Assembly: GCA_036567845.1 (NCBI GenBank)
Contig: DATCTT010000027.1
Span: forward strand, 11-64,010
Origin: Candidatus Ozemobacteraceae bacterium
GTDB taxonomy: Bacteria; Muiribacteriota; Ozemobacteria; Ozemobacterales; Ozemobacteraceae
Length of the DNA: 64,000 nucleotides
Direction of reading: 5' to 3'
Made by a program: the position numbers and the translations under genes
Notes under the pieces: generated by a model
The model's input: only the letters and a program-made list of their open reading frames with translations
What the model was told of the DNA's origin: nothing
The model's database searches: none
Part shown: piece after piece, positions 20,468 to 29,771 of the stretch
How the letters are laid out: each line of letters starts with the position of its first letter
Position numbering within the stretch: the stretch's first letter is position 1

Positions 20468-21237
20468 CTCGGCTTTCTCGTGAGGCCGTGCTTGAAGAGG
20501 CGGTCGACCTCTTCGCCGAACCGGCCGTCGGCGAGGTGGATGACGAGATGGGGCAGGGGTTCGTGGCCGCCGTTGTAGAAGCGCTCGGCCTCGATCAGGA
20601 CAAGGTGGGCGGGCTGGCCCTCTTTCGGGATCACGAACCGGATGCGCTTCAAGCCGAAGTGGGCTGACTTGAAATGCTCGCAGGCCTCGTAAAACCGGTC
20701 GGCCGGGATGATCATGGCCAGCTTTGCCCCATAGGGCAGCAGATAGGCCGCCGACTCGATGAAGTCGGCCAGGGTGCCGTTCAGCTCGTGGCGCGCGGCG
20801 GCGCGGCTGGGCTTTTCCGGGATCTTCCCGCTTCCCTTCGGGTAGTAGGGGGGATTCATGACGACCAGGTCGAAGGATTCCGGCAACATGCGCGCCGGTA
20901 TTTCCCGGATATCGACATGCTCGAACTCCATGCCGATCAATCGGGGGTTGAGTTCGAGATTGCGCTTTGCAAGATGATGAAACTCTTCCTGCAGCTCCAT
21001 GCCGGTGATGGTCAGAGCGGGGTTTCGGTATTTCAGCATGAAGGCCAGAATGCCGCTGCCCGAGCCGAGGTCGGCAACCCGGGAAACGCTCGGGGAGAGC
21101 GGGGCAAACTCGGCCAGCAGAAGAGTGTCGATGGCAAACGCCGTGCCGTCGATCTTCTGGATCAGCTTCAGATCGGTGCCGACGACCTCGTCGAGCCGCT
21201 CGTCCGTGTCGAGGAAAACGCTCTGCATGCCAGGCAT
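20464..21237 (-). CDS. Methyltransferase-small-domain protein, TrmN6/YfiC-like (N6-adenine MTase fold with NPPY)
   Basis: VADLGSGSGILAFML (motif I), VVMNPPYY (motif IV, NPPY), about 257 aa. Confidence 0.75.
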   Translation of the reverse strand: MPGMQSVFLDTDERLDEVVGTDLKLIQKIDGTAFAIDTLLLAEFAPLSPSVSRVADLGSGSGILAFMLKYRNPALTITGMELQEEFHHLAKRNLELNPRLIGMEFEHVDIREIPARMLPESFDLVVMNPPYYPKGSGKIPEKPSRAAARHELNGTLADFIESAAYLLPYGAKLAMIIPADRFYEACEHFKSAHFGLKRIRFVIPKEGQPAHLVLIEAERFYNGGHEPLPHLVIHLADGRFGEEVDRLFKHGLTRKPR

Positions 21238-21291
21238 TCTACCCCGGATTCGGAAATGTTTACAGGGGGTGACGGCCTCGGGGACGGCAGA

Positions 21292-22404
21292 TCAGAAGTT
21301 GATCGCGAGGGAAAGCGAGTAGCGGCGGTCTTCCCGATCACCAGGACGGGGGCCGAGCTCTTCGGAATACGTCGCGAACTCGATGCGCGCTTCCCGAAAG
21401 GTCGCCGTAGCGCCGGCGCTCAGATAGCCCCCGCGAACGCCGCCCCGCAGGGTGAGCCAGGGCCGGGGAAGCGTTTCGAGGCCGAGCCGGAGCTTCGAGA
21501 AAAATGTGCCGTCGCTGGTGACATCGGCGAGATCGGCTGCCAGCAGCAGTTTGCGGGTGCGGCTCGAGGAGCCGGTGAGAGGCCGGACGGCGGTTCCGAT
21601 GTCGACGCGGCGCGGCAGGCGTCCGATGGAGGGATCGACCTCGGACTCGAACAGATTGCTCACCGAGAGGCCGATCGACTGGTTCCACGCGTTCGAAAGC
21701 CGGTACAGCACGCCGCCGTCGAGATCGAACGCCGCGCCCTTCCGGGCGTCGTCCCGCAGATCATCCTCGGAGAGCGTGGCGAAATCCCGTGCATCGTAGC
21801 TGCGGTCGATGCTGCGCCGCGAGAGAAACTTCATGCCCAGGCCCCAGTGGCCGGTCGCAGCATCGCCGAAGACGATACGGTTGCCGGGAATCGGGCGGGC
21901 GATGGCGCCGACCAGCACCGAGTCGATATCGCCTTTTGCCCGGATCGCGGGATTGGTCGGCCGCTCCACGCCGATCTGGGCGACCGTCTGATACAGAAAG
22001 CCGGCGCCGAAACCCGTTCCCCCGAGATAGTAGGCGAGATTCGAGGCGACGGTGCGGGCCTGCTGCCCCATGACGTCGCTCAGAAGGCGGTTGTTCGCGG
22101 CGCGGGCCTCGGGGGTGTCTGCATCTGACAGGCCATTGGTCTTGTTCTCCACGCGCCGGAGATCCTGATTGATCTCCCCCGTCGCGTCGAGAACGGCGTA
22201 CGATTTGTCGGTGATCTGGCCCAACCCGGCCGGATTCGAGAACAGGGCCTGCTGGTCATCGGCCACGGCCGTGAATGCCCCGCCCATGCCCTGCTGCCGC
22301 GGGGTTTCGTACACCAGCGGGTGGGCCTGCTTCGCCGGAAGGGGCGTGGCGGCGAGGATGGCCAGGGAGAGGGCTGCCAGTCCGGCGCGGATGATCGGTC
22401 GCAT
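21292..22404 (-). CDS. Outer-membrane beta-barrel protein (signal peptide, C-terminal Phe); PorV/FadL-like flavour but family unassigned
   Basis: Signal peptide MRPIIRAGLAALSLAILAATPLPA. Alternating beta-strand pattern, ending ...YSLSLAINF (terminal aromatic residue). N-terminal GMGGAFTAVADD motif. Confidence 0.7.
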   Translation of the reverse strand: MRPIIRAGLAALSLAILAATPLPAKQAHPLVYETPRQQGMGGAFTAVADDQQALFSNPAGLGQITDKSYAVLDATGEINQDLRRVENKTNGLSDADTPEARAANNRLLSDVMGQQARTVASNLAYYLGGTGFGAGFLYQTVAQIGVERPTNPAIRAKGDIDSVLVGAIARPIPGNRIVFGDAATGHWGLGMKFLSRRSIDRSYDARDFATLSEDDLRDDARKGAAFDLDGGVLYRLSNAWNQSIGLSVSNLFESEVDPSIGRLPRRVDIGTAVRPLTGSSSRTRKLLLAADLADVTSDGTFFSKLRLGLETLPRPWLTLRGGVRGGYLSAGATATFREARIEFATYSEELGPRPGDREDRRYSLSLAINF

Positions 22405-22406
22405 CG

Positions 22407-23258
22407 TCAGTTCGTCCCGTCGATCTCGGTCAGGAGCGCGGAAAAACTGGCCGCATGCACATCGTGGAAGGGGTGGACGGCTTCGAGCCGGTCGGCGAGA
22501 TCCCCGACGGCCGTGATGGTTGCCCTGTTCGAGGCACTGAAACTGCCGGTGAGCCGGGCGCCGTTGACGGGGGAGAGGAAGGTCCAGGCCTCGCCCCGCC
22601 CGTCGAATCCATACACGAGATCGCTGAACGCCTGTTCCAGCGACAGGCCCGAGGTCGCCGCCCCGCCGATGAAGGCGGCATACAACTCGGGCCAGGTCGC
22701 GGTTTTCGCGTCGTTCGTGGTGAACGTGATCTGGTCGTAGATGTCGAGCCGGCCATTCTTGTTCGTGTCATACTTCTCGAGCAGCCGCTTCGCGGCGATC
22801 AGGGGCGGTATCAGCCCCCGGGTGAGCCGGTCGGTGCGGGATGGCGCCGGCACCGACTGCATCATGCGCGAAGCCCGTTCGAGCCGGTCGATGTCCGAGA
22901 TGGTCGTTGCGCACTGGAACCACAGCGCCGCCCGGTCATACGGGCCAACCCCGTTTTGCATCGTGTCGAGCACGGACAGCACCCGGAAGCCGGCGAGGCC
23001 GGCTTCGGATTCGGCCAGTCCCTGGACTACGGGGCCGGTCGCATTTCCGCGATTCACGAGCTTCTGGAAGATCTCGCGCGCGCCGGTATAATCGCCGGAG
23101 CCAAGCGCCAGATAAGCTTCGTCGACGAGCTCGTCGTCGGTGCGCCCGCTCATGGCCGTGTCCATGCCGTCAAACAGATTGCATCCCGTCAGGCCGAGCG
23201 CGACCCAGAGCATCAGGAATGCCCGGAGGATGCGCGCCCCTCTACCCATGCTGAACAT
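22407..23258 (-). CDS. Lipoprotein of unknown function, translationally adjacent to the OMP gene
   Basis: MFSMGRGARILRAFLMLWVALGLTGC with lipobox LTGC. The stop at 22407 is 2 nt from the OMP start at 22404. Confidence 0.55.
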   Translation of the reverse strand: MFSMGRGARILRAFLMLWVALGLTGCNLFDGMDTAMSGRTDDELVDEAYLALGSGDYTGAREIFQKLVNRGNATGPVVQGLAESEAGLAGFRVLSVLDTMQNGVGPYDRAALWFQCATTISDIDRLERASRMMQSVPAPSRTDRLTRGLIPPLIAAKRLLEKYDTNKNGRLDIYDQITFTTNDAKTATWPELYAAFIGGAATSGLSLEQAFSDLVYGFDGRGEAWTFLSPVNGARLTGSFSASNRATITAVGDLADRLEAVHPFHDVHAASFSALLTEIDGTN

Positions 23259-23414
23259 CGTGACTCCCGAAGTTGACGGATTCATACCGGATATCGGCAG
23301 ATCCCGGCAGCCCGTGAAGAGGGTTCCGCCCAATCCCCCGAAACTTTTTCCGTACACCTGTGGTATCTATGGGAGTAGAAGTCCTGGAATGACTGTCTGG
23401 AAGGAGCCATCGCC

Positions 23415-24305
23415 ATGAACTCCCTGCTTCGCGCGTCCGGTGTTGCGTTGCTGTGTCTGCTTGCCGCCACCGTATCGGCCGGTCCGTTCGACCGTTCGAC
23501 CGTGCTTGTCGACGGGGCGGATACCGCCACCGCATCACTCATTCCGCCGAAGACCGTCGAGCAGCATGTGCGCGTGGCTTCCTATAACATCGCCCATGCC
23601 CGCGGCAACGAGGAAGGCAAGGACAAGAACGAGATCGCCCGCAAGGAGAATCTTGACGGGATCGCGGCGCTGCTGAAGCAGCACGAGATCGATATCGCGG
23701 GGCTGACCGAAATCTCCCAGGGCGATCTGCGGGCGAAGTTCCGCAATCAGCCGAAATACATCGCCGAACATGCCGGAAATCTCCATTACGTCTACGGGGA
23801 GAATGTCAGCCGGCTGCTCGGCCTGCTGGCGACCCAGGGAAATGCCGTTGTTTCACGGTTTCCGATTCTTTCTTCGAAGAACCACGTGTTGTACCGGACC
23901 GACCCCAAACATGAACAGCGGAGCTGCCTCGAGGCCATTCTCGATCTGGGAAACGGCCGCCGGCTCTGCGTGCTCGTCGCCCACCTGAGCCTGCTCGCGG
24001 AAGAGTCGGACAGGCAGGTCGAACAGCTCTGGAAGCTGGCGCTCGAGAGCAAGTATCCGGTCGTCCTGATGGGTGATTTCAACTCCCGCCCCGGAAGCAG
24101 CCGGATCAAATGGCTGGCCAGCCGCATGAAGGATACGACCGCCAACGTGAACACGACATTCCTGAACAAGCCCGATGTGAAGATCGATTATATTTTCAGC
24201 TATGGTTCGATCCGTGCCGGAACGGCGTTCGTCGACGGATTCGAGCAGGGTTACTCGGACCACGGCTGTCTCATCAACGAACTCTGGATCCGCTACCTCC
24301 GCTGA
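23415..24305 (+). CDS. Secreted endonuclease/exonuclease/phosphatase (EEP) family protein
   Basis: Signal peptide MNSLLRASGVALLCLLAATVSA. SYNIAHARG, LMGDFNS and the GYSDHG catalytic His region are typical of the EEP fold. Confidence 0.75.
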   Translation: MNSLLRASGVALLCLLAATVSAGPFDRSTVLVDGADTATASLIPPKTVEQHVRVASYNIAHARGNEEGKDKNEIARKENLDGIAALLKQHEIDIAGLTEISQGDLRAKFRNQPKYIAEHAGNLHYVYGENVSRLLGLLATQGNAVVSRFPILSSKNHVLYRTDPKHEQRSCLEAILDLGNGRRLCVLVAHLSLLAEESDRQVEQLWKLALESKYPVVLMGDFNSRPGSSRIKWLASRMKDTTANVNTTFLNKPDVKIDYIFSYGSIRAGTAFVDGFEQGYSDHGCLINELWIRYLR

Positions 24306-24357
24306 ACGAGAGAAACGCACCGCGAAGGCGCCGGGGCGCGGAGGGGAACGAAGAATG

Positions 24358-24450
24358 CTTCACCACAGAGACACCGAGGCACAGAGGTGAAGGGGGCTTA
24401 CTCTGTGTCTCCGTGACTCTGTGGTGCGCCGTCTTTTCAACACGCCAGAC
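24358..24450. terminator. Long imperfect hairpin with a T-tract, acting as a bidirectional terminator between the convergent EEP and asnA genes
   Basis: caccacagagacaccgaggcacagag ... ctctgtgtctccgtgactctgtggtg forms a stem of about 26 bp with mismatches, followed by cgccgtctttt. Confidence 0.5.
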
Positions 24451-24525
24451 ACAGCGATCCAGATGTGAGGGCGAAGCCTGTACGTTGTGGCACGGTGGGG
24501 AGGCGTTCCCTCGCGGTCTTGTGGC

Positions 24526-25548
24526 TCAGAGGAGCGGGACGCCGCGGGCGCGGAATGCCTGTTCGGTTTCGGTCGGCCAGACGCTCGCCTGGACTTCGCC
24601 GATATGGGCCTTTTCGAGCAGATACATGCAGAGACGGGACTGGCCGATGCCGCCCCCGATGCTGAGGGGGATCGTGCTCTCGAGGACGCCTCGGTGGAAC
24701 TCGAGTTCGCGGCGGTCGCGCAGACCCGCCATCTCGAGCTGGCGTTCGAGGGCCGGGGCATCGACGCGGATCCCCATCGAGGAAAGCTCGAGCGGCTTGC
24801 CTCGCACCGTGTCCCAGACGATGATGTCTCCATTGAGGCCGCGGGTTCCGGGGCCGGTTGGGGGGCTCCAGTCGTCGTAATCCGCCGCGCGCAGGTCGTG
24901 CGGCTTGCCGCTGCTGAGCGGGTGGCCGATGCCGATCAGGAACACGGCGCCGAACTCGCGGGCGATCTCGGCTTCCCGCTGGGCCGGCTCGAGACCCGGA
25001 AAGCGTGCCTCGAGCTCCTCGGTGTGGAGAAAGGTGATGCGTTCTGGGAGCTTTTGCCCGAGGGCGGGAAATGCGGCTGTGACGTCTCGATGGGTTTCGA
25101 GAATTGCATTCCATATATTAATAACAATATATTTCAGGTGGTCGAGGGTGCGTTCGGCCGGGGTGACGACGCGTTCCCAGTCCCACTGGTCAACGTAGAT
25201 GCTGTGGATCTCGTCGACGATCTCGTCCTTGCGGATGGCGTCCATGTCGGTGTACAGGCCGTGGCCCGCCTCGAAGCCATACCGGCCCAGGGCGTGACGC
25301 TTCCATTTCGCCAGGCTGTGGACGACCTCGATCGTCTCGGGGCGGAACTTCGTGACGAACGAGACCGGTTTCTGGGTGCCGGCCAGGTCGTCCTGGAGCC
25401 CATTGCCGGTTTTCAGGAACCGGGGGGCCGTGACACGGACGAGGCGGAGCCGCTCGGCGAGGCGATGCTCGAAGACATCCTTAACATGCTTGATCGCGTG
25501 TTCGGTCGTGAACAGATCGAGGGCCGGCCGGTAACGTTCTGGAAACAT
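24526..25548 (-). CDS. asnA: Aspartate--ammonia ligase (asparagine synthetase A)
   Basis: MFPERYRPALDLF start, GGGIGQSRLCMYLL signature near the C-terminus, about 340 aa (class II aaRS-like fold). Confidence 0.85.
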   Translation of the reverse strand: MFPERYRPALDLFTTEHAIKHVKDVFEHRLAERLRLVRVTAPRFLKTGNGLQDDLAGTQKPVSFVTKFRPETIEVVHSLAKWKRHALGRYGFEAGHGLYTDMDAIRKDEIVDEIHSIYVDQWDWERVVTPAERTLDHLKYIVINIWNAILETHRDVTAAFPALGQKLPERITFLHTEELEARFPGLEPAQREAEIAREFGAVFLIGIGHPLSSGKPHDLRAADYDDWSPPTGPGTRGLNGDIIVWDTVRGKPLELSSMGIRVDAPALERQLEMAGLRDRRELEFHRGVLESTIPLSIGGGIGQSRLCMYLLEKAHIGEVQASVWPTETEQAFRARGVPLL

Positions 25549-25721
25549 ACAACTCCTGTCGCAATGCGGTGTGCCGCGCAAACCTTGGGGATGCAGCGGC
25601 GGGGGCTGTCATCAAATGTACCAAGCCCGGGATCGACAATCAAGACCCGGCTCTCGAAAAGAGGCTTCCGAGGCCGTCTTCGCGATTGACGACCCCCTGT
25701 ACCGCCCGTATAATCGAAGGC

Positions 25722-26855
25722 ATGAAACGCCTTTTCGTGATTCTTGCCGTTCTGCTGAGCCTCGCCGCCATCGGCTGCGGGGGCGGCGGCGGCAGCAACC
25801 CCGTCAGCACGACCACCACTCCGCAGATCGCCGGGTTTTCCCCTCAGACGGGAGGACCCGGAACCACCGTTCAGCTCTGGGGAGCCTATTTCGGTGCGGC
25901 TCAGGGCTCGAGCATCGTCTATTACAACTACGAGCCCTGCACCATCAACTCCTGGAGTGACACGATCATCAGCTGCACGCTCCCGAACACCGCCCGCACG
26001 AGCGGTACGTTCATCGTCAGCGTCGGGGGCAAGTCTTCGGCCGCAAGCACCCAGTTCACGCTCAACGCCCCGCAGATCACCAGCATCTTCCCGGCCGGCG
26101 GGCCGGCCGACACGCTTGTGACGATTTCGGGTGTCGGATTCGGCACGAGAACCGACTACTCGCGTGTTTCCTTCAATGGTTCCAACGCGCCGATCGAAAG
26201 TTGGTCGAACTCGTTCATCACCTGCCGGGTCCCCTCGGGCCTTCAGAACGGGTCGGTTCCCGTCATCGTCTATATCAGTTATGACTATTATGTAACGACG
26301 TCGTTCAATTATGTATTGCCTGCTATAACAAGTCTGTCGTCCGTCAATTCCAGCTCGACGGGAAACAACGTGGGCGCGGAGATTGCCATCAATGGCCAGG
26401 GCTTTGGCTCCTATCAGTCCGAATACAATGGCCAGATTTCCTTTGGGGGGGCACCGGTTTCCTGGACGTCCTGGACATCCAACCGCGTGACCTTCCGGAT
26501 ACCCGCGGGCACGGCGGCCGGATACCACTCCGTCTCGATCACGGTGAACGGGAAAAGCGTCAGCTCGGGCTGGAATGTCTACGAGCCCAATCTTTCCAAT
26601 CCGAATCTGTCGACGGTTTACGACCAGGGCGACCTCGTCACGCTGTCAGGAAATTATCTTGGTCTCTATACCGATCAGGCTCAAAGATCTGTGAAATTCG
26701 GCGATGCAACCGTGACATCGTTTGTGTCATGGACGGATACGGGCATTTCGTTCTACAATCCGATCGAGCCCACGCTGCTCTCCAATCCCACGATTTCGGC
26801 CTCTGTCGTCGTGGGGGGGCTCCAGTCCAATGCGGTTAATGTCAAGGTAAACTGA
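25722..26855 (+). CDS. Lipoprotein with about four IPT/TIG (Ig-like) repeats
   Basis: MKRLFVILAVLLSLAAIGCGGGGGS (lipobox AIGC). Repeats of the type P.I..F.P..GG.G..V.I.G.GFG. A TATAAT at 25709-25714 lies just upstream. Confidence 0.75.
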   Translation: MKRLFVILAVLLSLAAIGCGGGGGSNPVSTTTTPQIAGFSPQTGGPGTTVQLWGAYFGAAQGSSIVYYNYEPCTINSWSDTIISCTLPNTARTSGTFIVSVGGKSSAASTQFTLNAPQITSIFPAGGPADTLVTISGVGFGTRTDYSRVSFNGSNAPIESWSNSFITCRVPSGLQNGSVPVIVYISYDYYVTTSFNYVLPAITSLSSVNSSSTGNNVGAEIAINGQGFGSYQSEYNGQISFGGAPVSWTSWTSNRVTFRIPAGTAAGYHSVSITVNGKSVSSGWNVYEPNLSNPNLSTVYDQGDLVTLSGNYLGLYTDQAQRSVKFGDATVTSFVSWTDTGISFYNPIEPTLLSNPTISASVVVGGLQSNAVNVKVN

Positions 26856-26862
26856 GGAAACG

Positions 26863-27282
26863 ATGCAGGAAGCGATCACGAAGATCAAGGAGGTGCTGCA
26901 GCTGATCGACGAGCTGAAACGTCAGTTCGCGGTGCGGCGCCATCCGGATGGATGCAGCAAGCTTCTGTACACGGGCGTGGCCGAGTCGAATCTCATTGAC
27001 AAGCTGATCCCGGTTGTCGAAAAGCGGTTTGGTCCTGCTTACAAGCCGGCAGGCCAGTCGGCGCTGCTGAAAAACTGGTTCGACGGGTTTGTCAAGGGAG
27101 TCGGGGGCATCCGGCGCGATCAAACCCTCTTCCGGCTCGATATCTCCCCCGAGCTGAGCATGTTCTGCGCGTTCTGGCCCTGGGGCTCCGAGCCGGTCAA
27201 AACCTCGATCCGCATCGGCCTCCTTTGTGCCGACGAGGATCTCGAGAAGAAGATGGAGTCTTCCCTCCAGGGCTGCTTCTAA
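26863..27282 (+). CDS. Hypothetical protein (139 aa), probably cotranscribed with the IPT lipoprotein
   Basis: RBS GAGGAAA then ATG, 8 nt after the upstream stop. No recognisable motif. Confidence 0.5.
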   Translation: MQEAITKIKEVLQLIDELKRQFAVRRHPDGCSKLLYTGVAESNLIDKLIPVVEKRFGPAYKPAGQSALLKNWFDGFVKGVGGIRRDQTLFRLDISPELSMFCAFWPWGSEPVKTSIRIGLLCADEDLEKKMESSLQGCF

Positions 27283-27443
27283 GGCACATGCCTGTGCTCA
27301 GGGCAAACGGGAACTCCTTGATCTGTGAGGAGGGAGTTTCTGGGGATTGATTCATCCTCAACCTCTCGCATACCGGACCGGTTGCCGTCGTTCGCTTTTC
27401 CACGACCCGCTCACCGGCCCCTTCCCGGAGGGGGCGCTTTCTC

Positions 27444-27452
27444 TGGTATAAT
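27444..27452 (+). promoter_or_regulatory. Extended -10 promoter element (TGgTATAAT) for the alpha-amylase gene
   Basis: tggTATAAT at 27444-27452, about 33 nt before the ATG at 27485. RBS-like cagagggggcggaag in between. Confidence 0.35.
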
Positions 27453-27484
27453 GAAAAAACCAGATACATCAGAGGGGGCGGAAG

Positions 27485-28801
27485 ATGGATCGTACCATTC
27501 GGAATCACTGCCGTATCGGCTGGGTTCTGCTGGCTCTGTTTCTGTGCTGTGCTGCCCTCACGGAGGCTGCGCCAAGACGTTCGGCCGGGCAGCACATTCT
27601 GATGCAGAGCTTCGGTTGGAACTCCCAGGCTCGCGGGGTTCCCAGCCGCTGGTACAAACTGGTCGGTGATCGGGCCCGCGACATCGCCGATCTGGGCGTC
27701 ACGATGATCTGGCTGCCTCCGGTTTCCCGCTCGGTCAGCCCCCAGGGCTATCTTCCCGGCGATTACTACGACGTGGGAACCGAGCAGAGCCCCACCTTCT
27801 ACGGCGACCGCGACCAGCTCGTTGCGTGTCTCCGAAGCCTCGACCAGGCCGGCCTGCTTGCCATTGCGGATATCGTCGTGAATCACCGGTGTGCCAGTCA
27901 CCAGGATGCCAACGGCGTCTGGAACATCTACAACTTTGCCTCGGGAAAGGCCCGCTGGGATGGGCGGATGATCTGCTCAGGCGAATACGGAGGTTCGGGC
28001 CAGCGTGATTCGGGGGATAACTTCGGCCCGGCACCCGATCTCGACCATTCCAACAGCAGTGTCCAGAGCGACATCATCGAGTGGCTCAAATGGCTGAAAT
28101 CCCTGGGATTTGACGGCTGGCGGTATGATTTCAGCCGTGGATACGCCCCGGAATATACCGCTATCTATGATAAGGCGACGGCCCCCGCTTTTTCCGTCGG
28201 CGAAATCTGGACCGATATGGCTTTCAGCGGCTCCTCCCTCAATCCGAATCAGGACGCCCACCGCCAGGTTCTGTGTAACTGGCTCGACAGGGCCGGGGAC
28301 AAGGCCGCGGCCTTCGACTTCACGACCAAGGGCATTCTCCAGGTTGCAGTCATGGGCGAATACTGGCGGCTGCGTGACTCCAGCGGAAAGGCGGCCGGCC
28401 TGATCGGCTGGTGGCCGGCCCGCGCCGTCACGTTTCTCGACAACCACGACACCGGTTCCCAGCAGAACCACTGGCCGTTCCCCGCGGAAAAGGTCATGCA
28501 GGGATACGCCTATATTCTCACGCATCCCGGCACCCCGTGCGTGTTCTGGGAGCATGTCTACGATTGGAAACTGCGCGAACCCATCAAAAAGCTGATCGAT
28601 GCCCGCCGCCGGTGCGGCATCGTGGCGGACAGCAAGCTCGAGATCGTGAAGGCCGAACAAGGCCTATACGCGGCTTTCGTGGGCGGGAATCTCGCCATGA
28701 AACTCGGCCCTGCCGACTGGAACCCGGGTGACGGGTTCGAGCTGCTCGCGAGCGGCGATCAGTATGCCGTCTGGGGGAAAAAGGCCGCGGCGGGGAGATG
28801 A
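27485..28801 (+). CDS. Secreted alpha-amylase, GH13 (plant/archaeal-like subfamily)
   Basis: Signal peptide. ILMQSFGWNS (region I), DIVVNH, GWRYDFSRGY (catalytic Asp), GEIW, FLDNHDTG. Confidence 0.9.
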   Translation: MDRTIRNHCRIGWVLLALFLCCAALTEAAPRRSAGQHILMQSFGWNSQARGVPSRWYKLVGDRARDIADLGVTMIWLPPVSRSVSPQGYLPGDYYDVGTEQSPTFYGDRDQLVACLRSLDQAGLLAIADIVVNHRCASHQDANGVWNIYNFASGKARWDGRMICSGEYGGSGQRDSGDNFGPAPDLDHSNSSVQSDIIEWLKWLKSLGFDGWRYDFSRGYAPEYTAIYDKATAPAFSVGEIWTDMAFSGSSLNPNQDAHRQVLCNWLDRAGDKAAAFDFTTKGILQVAVMGEYWRLRDSSGKAAGLIGWWPARAVTFLDNHDTGSQQNHWPFPAEKVMQGYAYILTHPGTPCVFWEHVYDWKLREPIKKLIDARRRCGIVADSKLEIVKAEQGLYAAFVGGNLAMKLGPADWNPGDGFELLASGDQYAVWGKKAAAGR

Positions 28802-28904
28802 CCAGACTGGCCGTTCCGTGCTATTGTTCCGATGACCGATGAAAGTGCGCCGAACGGGCACACTTCTGATTTTCGGCGATCTTCACTCCGGGAGTCTCTG
28901 CATC

Positions 28905-29558
28905 ATGTCTGAAGAGGTGCGGTTCGGCGACAACTACACGGATCTTTCCAGTGAGTCTGGTGTCAATGCAGGATTTCAGTTCGAGTTTTTCTGCGAACAT
29001 TGCAACGATACGTGGCGCACCCCGTTCGTTCCCTACCGGCGGGGCCAGCTTTCCGGCTGGCTCGGCAAGGCCTCGGATCTCCTCGGTGGCCTGTTCGGTG
29101 GGGCGGGGGATGTCGCCAGCGGAATGGCCGAGTCGGGATTCGGCGCGGCACGGGACGCCGCATTTCGTGAAGCGGTGCAGATGGCGCGCGGTCGGTTCCA
29201 TCGGTGCGGAACCTGTGCCCAGTATGTGTGCGATCGCTGCTGGAATCGGGAACGGGGGCTCTGCCTCCAGTGCGCTCCGGATACGGATGCCGAGATTGAA
29301 GCCGCCCGGGCGCGCGGCGAAACGGAGGCGGCGATCGAGGAGGCAACGGAGGAAGGGCGTTCCCGAGGAAAAAAGCGGGATGTGAAGACGGCGAAGCAAC
29401 TCGTCTGTCCGGCATGCGGCGAAAAGAGCGGCGGAGGGAAATTCTGTGCCGCGTGTGGCGCGAAGATGGATGCAAAAGCCTTTTGTCCGGAGTGCGGGAA
29501 GCCCGTCGCGAAGTCCGATGCGTTCTGCCGCGAGTGCGGGCATCGACTGAACGGGTGA
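28905..29558 (+). CDS. Zinc-ribbon domain protein (multiple CxxC pairs)
   Basis: CEHCN, CGTCAQYVCDRC, CLQC, CPACGEKSGGGKFCAACGAKMD, CPECGKPVAKSDAFCRECGHRL. The start is uncertain (28839 or 28905). Confidence 0.55.
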   Translation: MSEEVRFGDNYTDLSSESGVNAGFQFEFFCEHCNDTWRTPFVPYRRGQLSGWLGKASDLLGGLFGGAGDVASGMAESGFGAARDAAFREAVQMARGRFHRCGTCAQYVCDRCWNRERGLCLQCAPDTDAEIEAARARGETEAAIEEATEEGRSRGKKRDVKTAKQLVCPACGEKSGGGKFCAACGAKMDAKAFCPECGKPVAKSDAFCRECGHRLNG

Positions 29559-29771
29559 CCCGGGTAGCGTATCGCCGCGGGCGAGGTACCCCGGCGGCAA
29601 GGCGGGATGAGCAAACGCGCGCGGCGGCGTTCAAAAGCGTGGTGTACACTGCGCTGCTGGTTTACATAAATAATTACGGATAAATTGTACAGCTTCCATT
29701 GCAAGGGACCGCCGTGGTCTGAAACGCCAAGGGGTACCCTGTGGCGGGGAGTTGCTCCTGGACAGAGGCGG

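Noticed and set aside
20674-22128. 484-aa plus-strand ORF spanning the MTase/OMP genes
   Set aside because: It crosses two real minus-strand genes and is G/A/R-rich. Artefact.
24487-25689. 400-aa plus ORF and 225-aa minus ORF (24437..25114) overlapping asnA
   Set aside because: asnA is identified by the GGGIGQSR signature in the other frame. These are shadow frames.
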